From: Syntrophaceae bacterium
GTDB lineage: Bacteria; Desulfobacterota; Syntrophia; Syntrophales; Smithellaceae
Direction: 5' to 3'
Assembly: GCA_018056765.1 (NCBI GenBank)
Contig: JAGPFA010000003.1
Span: 5,821 to 69,820, forward strand
Length of the DNA stretch: 64,000 nucleotides
The position numbers and the translations under genes were made by a program. Positions within the stretch are counted from its first letter, which is position 1. Every line of letters begins with the position of its first letter. A model generated the notes under the pieces. That model saw nothing but the letters and a program-made list of their open reading frames with translations. It did no database searches and was not told the DNA's origin. Of this stretch, positions 36,991-46,334 are shown piece by piece.

Positions 36991-38232
36991 TTACTTCTGG
37001 GGGAACCACACCAGATGGGTAGTGCCCTTTGACATTTGTTTCATGGCTTCGAATTCTTTTTGTGTATTCAACCACCAGATATAGCCGGTTGCCTGCGTAA
37101 ACCGGCCGTGCCTCATTGTCTGCACAAGAGGATGGTAGATCAAAATACCTGTCGTCGTAATCCCCCACAGCTCCACCGGGTATTTATCGCCCAGCATGGG
37201 GAAGACCTTGGGGAAAGCGGCGCGGATTGCCGCCGGATTATCCACCGAGCCCGCCGCCTCAATCGCCTGCGCCAGGGCATGGGCATGTGTGTAATTAAGA
37301 ACACTCTCCCAGGTCGGTGCCCTCTTGTACCTGGCCGCATAAGACCTGGCAAAAGCGTCGTGTGCCGGGAAACCTGTTGAGCCAACCATGCCGATGCCGA
37401 TACATCCTTCCATTCCCAGAGGTCTTTGCATGACGGCATAGACCGCATCCAGCTTGGCCTGGTCAGTCATGATAAAGCCGCCCTCGAAGCCCCGTGCACG
37501 CGCCTGTTCGATGATCAGAGCCGTTGTGGCGGAAGGTCCTCCGATGAGGAGAAAATCCGGGTTGGTCGCCAAAGCTTCCGCCAGAGGAACGGCATAGTCC
37601 GTCCTTGTATAATAATTGGCCGGCTTGTCTGCCGCGATAACGCCTCCCCTCTTCGTCCAGGCGGCGGCAAAAAGATTACGCCACGCCTGGCCGTACTCAC
37701 CCTGCGTCACCACCATTGCTCCCCTGCGCCAGCCCTTGTCCCAGGCAATCTTCGCATATATATCAACGTATAGGGTAAAGGGCACGGCCTGGATAACCAG
37801 AAGTTTATTGCCCTTTTTGGACATGGTGGGAACACTGGTATAGCCCATAAGGATAAATTCGTTTTTTTTCTCCTGATTGATCTCCATCAGCGGGGCGACC
37901 GTTGTGGCCACCGGATTGAATACAGCAATCGCCTTGTGCTCATTACAGAGCTTTCTGGCATTGGCCACGGCAAGCTCCGGACTCACCTTGTCATCCATTT
38001 TCTCCAGCCGGAAAGTGTATTTTTTCCCTCTTACAGTTACACCACCTCGCTGATTGATTTCATCAATGGCCATTTCCAGTCCATTGGTGCAATCCTCCGC
38101 GTATTCAGCGCCCAGACCGCTCAAAGGCCCTGTAAAACCGAAAACAATGTCGTCCGCCATGGCGGCCGGTACCGCCCATGTCAGCGCCAGAATCGTTACT
38201 GCAAGTAAAATGAAGCTTTTATGCTTTTTCAT
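36991..38232 (-). CDS. ABC transporter substrate-binding protein, LivK/branched-chain amino acid type (Peripla_BP_6-like)
   Basis: Signal peptide MKKHKSFILLAVTILALTWAVPAMA. IVFGFTGPLSGLGAEYAEDCTNGLEMAIDEINQRGGV is typical of the family. Confidence 0.8.
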   Translation of the reverse strand: MKKHKSFILLAVTILALTWAVPAAMADDIVFGFTGPLSGLGAEYAEDCTNGLEMAIDEINQRGGVTVRGKKYTFRLEKMDDKVSPELAVANARKLCNEHKAIAVFNPVATTVAPLMEINQEKKNEFILMGYTSVPTMSKKGNKLLVIQAVPFTLYVDIYAKIAWDKGWRRGAMVVTQGEYGQAWRNLFAAAWTKRGGVIAADKPANYYTRTDYAVPLAEALATNPDFLLIGGPSATTALIIEQARARGFEGGFIMTDQAKLDAVYAVMQRPLGMEGCIGIGMVGSTGFPAHDAFARSYAARYKRAPTWESVLNYTHAHALAQAIEAAGSVDNPAAIRAAFPKVFPMLGDKYPVELWGITTTGILIYHPLVQTMRHGRFTQATGYIWWLNTQKEFEAMKQMSKGTTHLVWFPQK

Positions 38233-38438
38233 AGACGCCCCCCTTTATTCTTGTATACTCAGCCAGGATCTAAAATATCACGTAAACTAACAAATTTTTT
38301 CATCTTACGCAAGCAGGCAAAAGTATTCCCTGCCCGCCGCTGCCAGAGAGGCATGGCTGGTAATCGGCTCTGTCATTGACATAGCCGCCGGATGTGCTAA
38401 TCATAGGCTGCACATTAAAAAAACCCAGAGGTAAACAA

Positions 38439-38924
38439 GTGAAAATCATAACAGAAGAAATGCTCAGCTCTCTGACCGACCAGGCAGGCGCTTTGCCGCG
38501 CCTCAGAGCCAATTACAATGTCCATGAATCAGCGGAAGATCCCGTGCAGCGTCTGTTTATCGCGGCCGAACCTTTATCTTATTTCCGGCCGCACCGGCAC
38601 GAAGGGAAAAGCGAGCTTGCTCTCATCATCCGCGGCCTCTTCGACATACTCCTTTTTGATCCGCACGGCACAGTAACCGAGCGGATCCAGGCTGGCCGCG
38701 GCCGCAACATCATCGCCGTGGAGATCCCGGCGGATATCTATCACACATGGATTCCCATGGAACAAGGGTCTGTTTTTTTTGAAGTGAAGAAGGGGCCCTA
38801 CGACCCGGCAGCCCCTGCGTCCTTCGCCATTTGGTCTCCCCCGGAGGGCTCGGCCGGGGTAAAAGAGTTTCAAACAAGACTTCTTAACGCGCAGGCGGGA
38901 GATTGCGTCGCACCTGTATTATAG
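38439..38924 (+). CDS. WbuC-like cupin family protein
   Basis: LPRLRANYNVHESAEDPVQRLFIA...FRPHRHEGKSELALIIRG matches my recollection of the WbuC cupin family. GTG at 38439 is a plausible start (the ORF is open from 38394). Confidence 0.55.
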   Translation: MKIITEEMLSSLTDQAGALPRLRANYNVHESAEDPVQRLFIAAEPLSYFRPHRHEGKSELALIIRGLFDILLFDPHGTVTERIQAGRGRNIIAVEIPADIYHTWIPMEQGSVFFEVKKGPYDPAAPASFAIWSPPEGSAGVKEFQTRLLNAQAGDCVAPVL

Positions 38925-38945
38925 CCTGCGCAATCCGGAAAAGAC

Positions 38946-39239
38946 TCAGATGCTTTTTATTTCTTCCATCACGGACATTTCCGGCCTGCCGCCGATAAAT
39001 GCCGCCGACACGGTAAAAAATTCCTTGAAATAGTCTGTGGAGACGTGAAAATCGAACGCCTCCTTATCTTTGTATTGTTCAATGACGACCAGTGTATTGG
39101 CAACGGCCCGATCCCTGTTTAGTGAATACATCATGGTGCCTTCCTCACCGGATACCTTCACCATCAGTTCCCCGAAAGCCTTCAGGGCCTCGTCCATTTT
39201 TCCTTCTTTAATGGGAATCTTGGCAATGACTGTCAGCAT
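38946..39239 (-). CDS. Antibiotic-biosynthesis-monooxygenase (ABM/Dabb) domain protein
   Basis: 97 aa. MLTVIAKIPIKEGKMDEALKAF...YSLNRD...VVIEQYKDKEAFDFHVSTDYFKEF is a typical ABM ferredoxin-like fold pattern. Confidence 0.7.
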   Translation of the reverse strand: MLTVIAKIPIKEGKMDEALKAFGELMVKVSGEEGTMMYSLNRDRAVANTLVVIEQYKDKEAFDFHVSTDYFKEFFTVSAAFIGGRPEMSVMEEIKSI

Positions 39240-39363
39240 TTTTTCCTCCCTTTCAAATAATGCCTCTGACTACAAAGCATCTGTCGTGTAACACATCTTC
39301 ATTTCACTTGGCAAGCACACTGTTCATTTTCGTCACTTTTTCCTGTGTGCAACCGGCCGGAAC

Positions 39364-40479
39364 CTATACCGGCCAGGGAGGTATTTCCTTTTTCGTGGTG
39401 AACCACCTGATCGTGGCATAGAGCAAATCGGGATGAGCAAGTCCCGTTTTAATGCGGGTAAACAGACTCCTGTCGGTGACTCCGGCCAGCAGACGATCAA
39501 ACTGTTCAAAAGAAAAAGACCTCATTTTACGGATGACGATATCCTCAACGGCTTTCCTCTCCCGCAGGATGTCTTTGAGCCTCTGCCTGTATCCGCCAAC
39601 CTTTGCAGGCCCGCCGCTGAGCGCTTCCACCGCCAAAACACCGCTTAAACAGGCCAGGTCGATACCGCCTCCGTGCAGGGGTGAGGCCAGCCCGGCCGCG
39701 TCCCCGGCCAAAATGATATTATCATAGACCAGGCGCGGTATTATCTGTGACGCGGCAATGCCTCCGCCTCTTTCCGCAATGACACAATCGCCGAGGTTTT
39801 CACGCTTTAGCACATCCCCCAGCAGGTTTTTGAGATCCGGATCGCCGCCTGGAAGCGAACCATTTACCGTGCAGACCACGCCGACGTTGGCGGTGTGCTC
39901 ATCTTTGGGAAACACCCAGTAGTAGGCAGGCTGAAACCGGGCGGGCATGTCTTCAAAAAAAGCGAACTTGAGACGCGGCATCAGCGCGCCGAAATCTCCC
40001 TGAAGAACAAACTGATATGCCAGCAGAAATTGATGAAAATAATCGGCCTGGAACGAGTAGAGACGTGAGGTCACGCAAGGAGCGCCGCTGGCGTCGATGA
40101 TCCAATCGTAGCTGCCGCGCATCACGGCCAAATCGCCGGGCCGGACCGCGGTATTTTCATGAACGACAGCGCCCGCATCACGCGCCCGTCGGGCAAGGTC
40201 ACGCTGCCAGGTCTTGCGATCCATCATCCACAGGGGTCTGTACCTGCCGATGGCGAAGTTGTAACCGCGGCGTCCCTGCATGATTATTTCCTGTATCGGA
40301 CGGAGCAGGCCCTTCCCGGGGCGGGGAAATATACTTAGCGAATCGAAAATACATTCTCCGCAGACAATGCCCGCACCCACCTGTCTTTTTTCAAACAAAT
40401 CCACGCTGATGTTTTGGCGTCGGGCAGCCAGAGCGGCGAAAAGCCCTCCGGGGCCGGCACCGATGACGGCAATCTTCAT
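39364..40479 (-). CDS. FAD-dependent oxidoreductase, geranylgeranyl-reductase family-like
   Basis: MKIAVIGAGPGGLFAALAA Rossmann motif, GDAAGLASPLHGGGID motif, ~370 aa. Confidence 0.65.
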   Translation of the reverse strand: MKIAVIGAGPGGLFAALAARRQNISVDLFEKRQVGAGIVCGECIFDSLSIFPRPGKGLLRPIQEIIMQGRRGYNFAIGRYRPLWMMDRKTWQRDLARRARDAGAVVHENTAVRPGDLAVMRGSYDWIIDASGAPCVTSRLYSFQADYFHQFLLAYQFVLQGDFGALMPRLKFAFFEDMPARFQPAYYWVFPKDEHTANVGVVCTVNGSLPGGDPDLKNLLGDVLKRENLGDCVIAERGGGIAASQIIPRLVYDNIILAGDAAGLASPLHGGGIDLACLSGVLAVEALSGGPAKVGGYRQRLKDILRERKAVEDIVIRKMRSFSFEQFDRLLAGVTDRSLFTRIKTGLAHPDLLYATIRWFTTKKEIPPWPV

Positions 40480-40805
40480 GGCTTGCCCTTTGGAGGTTTT
40501 TTCAGGCTGCGGGCCAGGTGACGCATCGCCAGAAGCGGATGGGAACGAAGCATGCGCGGACCGGCATACCGCATGACTTTGCGGATTTCTTCACGCCGCG
40601 CCGGTTTATAGCAGTGCACCGGGCACTCGGAACAGGCAGGCTTGTCTTCTCCGTAGGGGCATTTCTCCAGTCGCGCCATAGCGTAGTCGGCAAGCTCCCG
40701 GCACGAGGGACACAACCTGCCCGCCTGTGTATGGTGAATATCACGACAATACAGGGAAATCATGACATCAAGCGTTTCGTGCTCTTTTTCGAGAAAGTCG
40801 CTCAT
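40476..40805 (-). CDS. Cys-rich YgbA-like (nitrous-oxide-stimulated promoter family) protein
   Basis: 109 aa. CPSCRELADYAMARLEKCPYGEDKPACSECPVHCYKP...MRYAGPRM matches my recollection of the YgbA_NO family. It has 4-nt overlaps with both neighbours. Confidence 0.6.
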   Translation of the reverse strand: MSDFLEKEHETLDVMISLYCRDIHHTQAGRLCPSCRELADYAMARLEKCPYGEDKPACSECPVHCYKPARREEIRKVMRYAGPRMLRSHPLLAMRHLARSLKKPPKGKP

Positions 40806-41587
40806 TTTCCGCCTTCATTAACAAATGCGTCCGCCCGGCGCACCTCGCGAAGCAGAGCGCGGACTTTTTTCATGTCTTTTCTAAAACGAATGGGATTGCC
40901 CTCCCGGTCCAGGGCGTTTGTTTTCGTGCAGCTATCGACCCCTGCCGGCCTGAGACGGGTGATCGCCTCGAAGACATTGGCCTCCGAGATGCCCCCTGCC
41001 ACGATGACCGGAATCGTACTTGCCTCGATCAGGGATCTGGCTATCTCCCAATCGCACACTTCCCCCGTAATACCGACATAGCCATTCACCGGCTGGTCTT
41101 TCCCTTCAGCCAGCGTGTCAATCAGGAAATAGTCAGAAACCGGCTCAAACAAATCGGCAAGTTGAAGCAGGCCCTGCGCGGTGGCGGAGGCGTCAGGGGT
41201 GCCGGGTGGGGGCACAGGCAGGGAGCGCATGATGTCGATTTGCGGGAAACGATCCTTTAAATCAATCTGGAGTGTCAAAAGCGCATCGAATTCACGCACC
41301 TCGCCCCATCCCCCTGAACACAAAGTGATGTTGTCGCACAAATGAACGATGTCGGGCCGGTAATAATCCAGCGCAGAAAATATTTTCACCTGGTCTTTGG
41401 TAAGGGGGATCAGACTGCTTTTGGCGCCGCCGGCCTGAACAGACTCGACACAACGGCGGAGCGCCGGCTGCTTCCATTTGGCGTCTTCCATGAGGACGCT
41501 GCCCACATGATCCACACCGAGGCTTACGAGCTTTTCCGCTTCGCTTTGTCTTTGCACTTCATAAATCTGGACGATTGTTTTGAACAT
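40802..41587 (-). CDS. TIM-barrel protein, phosphoribosylanthranilate-isomerase-like (TrpF-like)
   Basis: 261 aa. The N-terminal VQIYEVQ...AEKLVSLGVDHVG and C-terminal IPVIVAGGI...PAGVDSCTKTN...FRKDMKKV loosely resemble PRAI. This is a weak call. Confidence 0.35.
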   Translation of the reverse strand: MFKTIVQIYEVQRQSEAEKLVSLGVDHVGSVLMEDAKWKQPALRRCVESVQAGGAKSSLIPLTKDQVKIFSALDYYRPDIVHLCDNITLCSGGWGEVREFDALLTLQIDLKDRFPQIDIMRSLPVPPPGTPDASATAQGLLQLADLFEPVSDYFLIDTLAEGKDQPVNGYVGITGEVCDWEIARSLIEASTIPVIVAGGISEANVFEAITRLRPAGVDSCTKTNALDREGNPIRFRKDMKKVRALLREVRRADAFVNEGGK

Positions 41588-41652
41588 GACGCGGGCATAT
41601 CACGACATTTCCCCGTTATCAAGCGACCGGCTTGCCCCTTTGGAGAAAAATG

Positions 41653-41681
41653 TTGATTTTAGACGCCATAAAAACAATAAT
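41653..41681 (+). promoter_or_regulatory. Candidate sigma70 promoter of the Bcr/Bzd-like operon
   Basis: TTGATT (41653-41658), 17 nt, AATAAT (41676-41681), about 37 nt upstream of the ATG at 41719, in the 131-nt divergent intergenic region. Confidence 0.35.
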
Positions 41682-41718
41682 GACCCACTCGCGAGGGACT
41701 TGAAACAAGGAGCAAAAA

Positions 41719-42858
41719 ATGAGCCGCATGCGACAAATCGAAGATATCTACGACCATAGAGGCGAACATGCCCGCAAGCTCCACGAAGCGGGCGAGAAAG
41801 TAATCGGCTATTTCTGCTGCTTTGTGCCTGATGAGATCATCACGGCACTGGGCATGGTTCCCTACCGTATTCAGGGATCGCAAAGCGAGCCGATCGACGA
41901 GGCGGATGTTCTTCTGGAACCGATGGCCTGCCCCTTTGCCCGCAGTTGTTTCAATATGGCGCTAAAGGGCGAGTATGAGTTTCTCGACGGTTTCGTTGCG
42001 CCGCACAGCTGCGACACAGTGGAGCGTCTTTACCATATCTGGCACACCAACAAGCCCTCACCCTTCAACCACCTCATCAACGTGCCGCATATGCTGGGGC
42101 CGTCATCGGATGAATTTTTCAAAAACGAGCTGCTTTATTTCACAAGGAGGCTCGAGGAATTTGCCGGCCGCAAACTTGAGATAGATAAACTAAAAGAAGC
42201 GATCAGGCTTTACAACCGCCGCCGGGCGCTGCTTCGTGAACTCTACGGGCTGCGCCGGGAGAGTCCGCCGCGTGTCTCGGGTGTGGAAATAACCAAAGCC
42301 CTGGTGGCGGGCATGGGCATCCCCGCGGCGGAGCATATCGATCTGATTTCGGGACTCATCGAAGAAGTAAAAAAGCGCCCTGTCGTACCACCCGACGGCC
42401 TGCCGCGCATCTTTTTGTGGGGCAATGAAATCGACGATATCTCCTTTATCAATCTTGTCGAGGAATGCGGTGCGCATGTGGTGATGGATGATCTGTGCAC
42501 GGGCTCGCGTTTTTTCTGGCAGGACGTCGAGGAAACGGAGGATCCCTTTGACGGTCTGGTGCGCAGGTACCTGGACATTCACTGTCCGCGCACCCTCAAG
42601 CCCCAGGCCGGGGCGCGCGAGGAGGATCTGGAAAACCGCTTCGGCTACATTCACAGCTTCATGAAAGAATGGCAGGCTGCGGCGGCCATTTTCTATATCG
42701 TACGCTACTGTGACACATGTGAGCTGGAGGGGCCGGACCTGAAGGAATATTTAAACGGCCTTGACCTGCCGGTTCTGATGATCGAGGACGATTACTCGAC
42801 ATCGACAATGGGCCAGTTAAGAACAAGAATCCAGGCATTTCTGGAAATGATCATCTAG
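41719..42858 (+). CDS. 2-hydroxyacyl-CoA dehydratase / benzoyl-CoA reductase BcrC/BzdN-like subunit
   Basis: 379 aa with AGGAG Shine-Dalgarno. HGD-D family resemblance (KVIGYFCCFVPDEIITALGMVPYRI, conserved Cys residues, VVMDDLCTGSR). Confidence 0.75.
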   Translation: MSRMRQIEDIYDHRGEHARKLHEAGEKVIGYFCCFVPDEIITALGMVPYRIQGSQSEPIDEADVLLEPMACPFARSCFNMALKGEYEFLDGFVAPHSCDTVERLYHIWHTNKPSPFNHLINVPHMLGPSSDEFFKNELLYFTRRLEEFAGRKLEIDKLKEAIRLYNRRRALLRELYGLRRESPPRVSGVEITKALVAGMGIPAAEHIDLISGLIEEVKKRPVVPPDGLPRIFLWGNEIDDISFINLVEECGAHVVMDDLCTGSRFFWQDVEETEDPFDGLVRRYLDIHCPRTLKPQAGAREEDLENRFGYIHSFMKEWQAAAAIFYIVRYCDTCELEGPDLKEYLNGLDLPVLMIEDDYSTSTMGQLRTRIQAFLEMII

Positions 42859-42942
42859 GAATGCCCGCATTCGGCACAGGCCGGATCCGGGCACTTTGAA
42901 CAAGCGGGCGATGGTGGATTGCCGTCCCTGCGGAAATGGTAA

Positions 42943-44256
42943 GTGAAAATGGAACAGGCCGGACAGGAAAAAACAACAGCTGTCAAGGGAACGGACACAG
43001 CGCGCGAGATCCGCGGGCTGGTGAAAAATATTTATAAAAGCGCACATGAGGCCAAAGCCGGCGGCCGGAAGGTAGCCTATTTCATGGTCGCCTCTCAGTA
43101 TGACGAGATCGTCCGGGCGATGGATGTCGTGCCTCTGCCGACGGAAAACTATGCCGGCCTTTGTGCGGCCAAACGCGACATGGACCGTTTTCTGCTCAAG
43201 GCAGAGGCAGACGGTTATTCCCAGGTGCTTTGCAGCTATGCCCGCATCGGCCTGGGCTTTGACGCGATGCGCCAAGAGCTTGGGCAAATCCCGGAGGGGA
43301 GTCCCGACGGAGGCATGCCCGCCCCCGACATGATGCTGGGCAGCTCCGCCGTTTGCGACCCGCGCTTCAAATGGTATCAGGCGGCCAGACGCTATCTGGA
43401 CGTGCCCACCTTCGGGATGGATGTTGTTTTCCCCCCGCCTCAGGCCGACTTGAATGAAGTGCGTGACTACTACATCCGCTACCAACGCGATCAGTTTCAG
43501 GGGCTGGTCGATTTTCTGGAAGTTCAGACCGGAAAAAAGATGGATTATGAAAAACTCTGGGAATGCATCCGACTGGGCGATAAGGCCTGGCAGCTGTGGT
43601 ACGACATTGACCGGCTGCGTGTGGCCATTCCCTGTCCCATGCCTTCACAGGATCACTTCAGCATCATGGTGCCGGGCCACTACTATGCAGGCACGCAGGT
43701 CGCGGTGGACTTTTATCAGAAGCTTTACGATGAAGTGAAATATAAGGCGGAAAACAAAATCGGCGTGGTCGCCGATGAAAAATACCGCATCCTGTACGGG
43801 GGCGGCCTCCCCCCGTGGCACACACTGTGGATCTTCAACTACTTCGAAAGCTTCGGGGCGGTGTTTGTTATTGAAAACGTCTATCGCGGTTTCGACCCGG
43901 TGGAAGTGCCCTCCCATGTCCAAGACCCGATTGACTATCTGGCGTGGCGTGCTTTTCTGCGCAACACTGCCTATCATGACAAAGCGCGCGCCAACAGCGG
44001 CATCCCGACGGTGGAGAAGCTCCTGGAGATGATCGAAGACTACAATATCGACGGTGTCGTTTTTCATGCCTGCCGCTCCTGCCGTGCAACCACCATCGGC
44101 CAGGTGCATATGAAAAACGAACTGGGCAAATATTCAGACCTCCCCATGATCCAGCTCGTCTCCGACATGGTGGATCTGCGCGACTACTCGGAGGCGCAGT
44201 GGAAGGCACAGATCGGCGCGTTTATCGAGGCGTTGCAGGCCAGGGAAAAAGGCTGA
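42943..44256 (+). CDS. 2-hydroxyacyl-CoA dehydratase / benzoyl-CoA reductase BcrB/BzdO-like subunit
   Basis: 437 aa (GTG at 42943 or ATG at 42949). HGD-D family resemblance (KVAYFMVASQYDEIVRAMDVVPL, VLCSYARIGLG, DGVVFHACRSCR). Confidence 0.75.
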   Translation: MKMEQAGQEKTTAVKGTDTAREIRGLVKNIYKSAHEAKAGGRKVAYFMVASQYDEIVRAMDVVPLPTENYAGLCAAKRDMDRFLLKAEADGYSQVLCSYARIGLGFDAMRQELGQIPEGSPDGGMPAPDMMLGSSAVCDPRFKWYQAARRYLDVPTFGMDVVFPPPQADLNEVRDYYIRYQRDQFQGLVDFLEVQTGKKMDYEKLWECIRLGDKAWQLWYDIDRLRVAIPCPMPSQDHFSIMVPGHYYAGTQVAVDFYQKLYDEVKYKAENKIGVVADEKYRILYGGGLPPWHTLWIFNYFESFGAVFVIENVYRGFDPVEVPSHVQDPIDYLAWRAFLRNTAYHDKARANSGIPTVEKLLEMIEDYNIDGVVFHACRSCRATTIGQVHMKNELGKYSDLPMIQLVSDMVDLRDYSEAQWKAQIGAFIEALQAREKG

Positions 44257-44266
44257 AGGATTTACC

Positions 44267-45097
44267 ATGCCGTTTGCGGGAATTGATATCGGCTCCACGA
44301 TGACAAAAGTCGTGATCGTGGACGACGAGGGAAAAATACTTGCCTCCCATATCGGGCCGACCGGCGCCGAACACCGCCACCTCGCCCTCAAGGTCATGGA
44401 CGAGACGCTAAAAGAGGCAGGCCTGTCTCTGGACGAACTGGATTATATTGTTGCCACCGGTTACGGCCGCATCAACGTTCCTTTTGCCGACAGGCAGATC
44501 ACGGAAATCACCTGCCATGCGCGCGGGATCCGCGCTCTCTTCCCCGAGGCGAAAATCATCATCGACATCGGCGGCCAGGACTCCAAGGGGATAAAACTAG
44601 ATGCACAGGGCAAAGTCGCCAACTTCGTCATGAACGATAAATGCGCCGCGGGAACCGGCCGCTTTCTGGAGGTCATCGCCGAGACGCTGGGCATCAGACT
44701 AGAAGACATGGGCAGGATTTCCCTCGGAGCCGACGGCTTTGTGCAGATATCGAACATGTGCACCGTTTTCGCCGAACATGAGGTGACCTCGCGTCTGGCC
44801 GAAGGTGCGGGCGTGCCGGAAATTGTAGCGGGGCTTCATGAGGCTATTGCCGGCCGGGTCGTCAACATGACGCGTCATCTGGGCATTGAAAAAGAAGTCG
44901 TCGTCACCGGCGGCGGGGCTAAAAATATCGGCCTTCTCAAGGCCATTGAAGGCAAAGTCGGCTTTGAAGTGCTCACACCGCCGGAACCTTTTATTACCGG
45001 CGCCCTCGGTGCGGCTCTGGTCGGGAAGGATTTTTACGACCGTGGCGTCAGGCCGGCAAAGGAGCGCAAAAAAGAAGATGTGACGTTTTTCTCCTGA
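44267..45097 (+). CDS. BcrAD/BadFG-type ATPase subunit (activator/electron-transfer ATPase) 1
   Basis: 276 aa. GIDIGSTMTKVVIVD, IIIDIGGQDSKGI, NDKCAAGTGRFLE, NMCTVFAEHEV, TGGGAKN. Confidence 0.85.
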   Translation: MPFAGIDIGSTMTKVVIVDDEGKILASHIGPTGAEHRHLALKVMDETLKEAGLSLDELDYIVATGYGRINVPFADRQITEITCHARGIRALFPEAKIIIDIGGQDSKGIKLDAQGKVANFVMNDKCAAGTGRFLEVIAETLGIRLEDMGRISLGADGFVQISNMCTVFAEHEVTSRLAEGAGVPEIVAGLHEAIAGRVVNMTRHLGIEKEVVVTGGGAKNIGLLKAIEGKVGFEVLTPPEPFITGALGAALVGKDFYDRGVRPAKERKKEDVTFFS

Positions 45098-45290
45098 ATT
45101 AAGAATCAGGGTTAACATAAAACGGCGGCGGAGATTTTAACCGGGATCATAACTTTCGGGCGAATCAGAAGGATGCCTCCAACAGGACGCCGCCGGCAGG
45201 CACTCCCGGGCCGGGCAATGTGGCGGCTCAATATTTGCGGATGCCGCACCACGGATCGCGCCTGAAAAATAACGGAAGTGACACTTAAAA

Positions 45291-46067
45291 ATGAATGATG
45301 AAAAATTCTATGCGGGCCTCGACATAGGCTCCGTTTCCATCAAGGCCGCGATTATGCAGGACGGCCGCATAACAGCCTCCGGCCTCATTCCCTCCGGCGG
45401 CAATTACAGAAACGGAGCCGCCTCCGTCATGGACGATACTCTGTCCCGTGCGGGCATCACATTTGATCATCTTTCGGGTCTGGTCGTCACGGGGCTGGGT
45501 GCTGACAGCTCCCCTTATCCGGCACGCCAGGTCTCCGATATTTCCTGCCACGCCAGGGGCTGCCGTTTCACCTTTCCTTCCGCAAAAACCGTCATCGACA
45601 TCGGCGGCCAGTTCACAAGAGCCGCGAAAATGACGCCCGAGGGGCGCATCACCGATTTTCTGATGAGTGAAAAATGCGCCACCGGTTCCGGCCGCTTCAT
45701 CCAGGTCATCTCCCGCATCCTGCAGGTGCCCCTCGATGAGATCGGCCCTCTTTCCCTGCAATCGGAAAACCCTGTCGAATTTTCCACCAACTGTGCCGTT
45801 TTTGCCGAATCGGAAACAATCTCCCGGATCGCCGAGGGGGAAAAACCGGCCGACATTCTCGCGGGCGTACACAGAGCCATGGCGGTGAAAGTCGCCATGC
45901 TGGTTAAAAGGCTCAAGGTGGAGCCGGATGTGGCGCTCACCGGCGGGGGAGGCCAAAACGAAGGCCTGGTACGTGCAGTAAGCAAAGCGCTCAAAATGAA
46001 AGTTCTGGTGCCGCCCCAACCGCGTCTTACCGCGGCAATCGGCGCTGCCCTGCTGGCATCCACCTGA
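45291..46067 (+). CDS. BcrAD/BadFG-type ATPase subunit 2
   Basis: 258 aa. GLDIGSVSIKAAIM, VIDIGGQFTRA, SEKCATGSGRFIQ, TNCAVFAESE, TGGGGQN. Clearly divergent from subunit 1. Confidence 0.85.
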   Translation: MNDEKFYAGLDIGSVSIKAAIMQDGRITASGLIPSGGNYRNGAASVMDDTLSRAGITFDHLSGLVVTGLGADSSPYPARQVSDISCHARGCRFTFPSAKTVIDIGGQFTRAAKMTPEGRITDFLMSEKCATGSGRFIQVISRILQVPLDEIGPLSLQSENPVEFSTNCAVFAESETISRIAEGEKPADILAGVHRAMAVKVAMLVKRLKVEPDVALTGGGGQNEGLVRAVSKALKMKVLVPPQPRLTAAIGAALLAST

Positions 46068-46334
46068 CTTGCCGCACTGACAAATTAAAAGCGCCCGATA
46101 TCCTGATTCGGCCGACATCCCCGTAAAACATACAGGCGCGCCGGATGATCGTTTGTGTTTGACAATAGAACCGGGTTTGTAATAAACTCACCACATAGTA
46201 AATTAATTTCTCGAAAAAAGGTGCGGCGCGCCCTTTCCTGATGGATCTTTTCACCGGACAGGGGCAAGCCCTTGTTTTTGTCACCTTCACAGGAACCGCG
46301 AACAGAGTAAATATTTTTTTCACGGAGATTTGCG

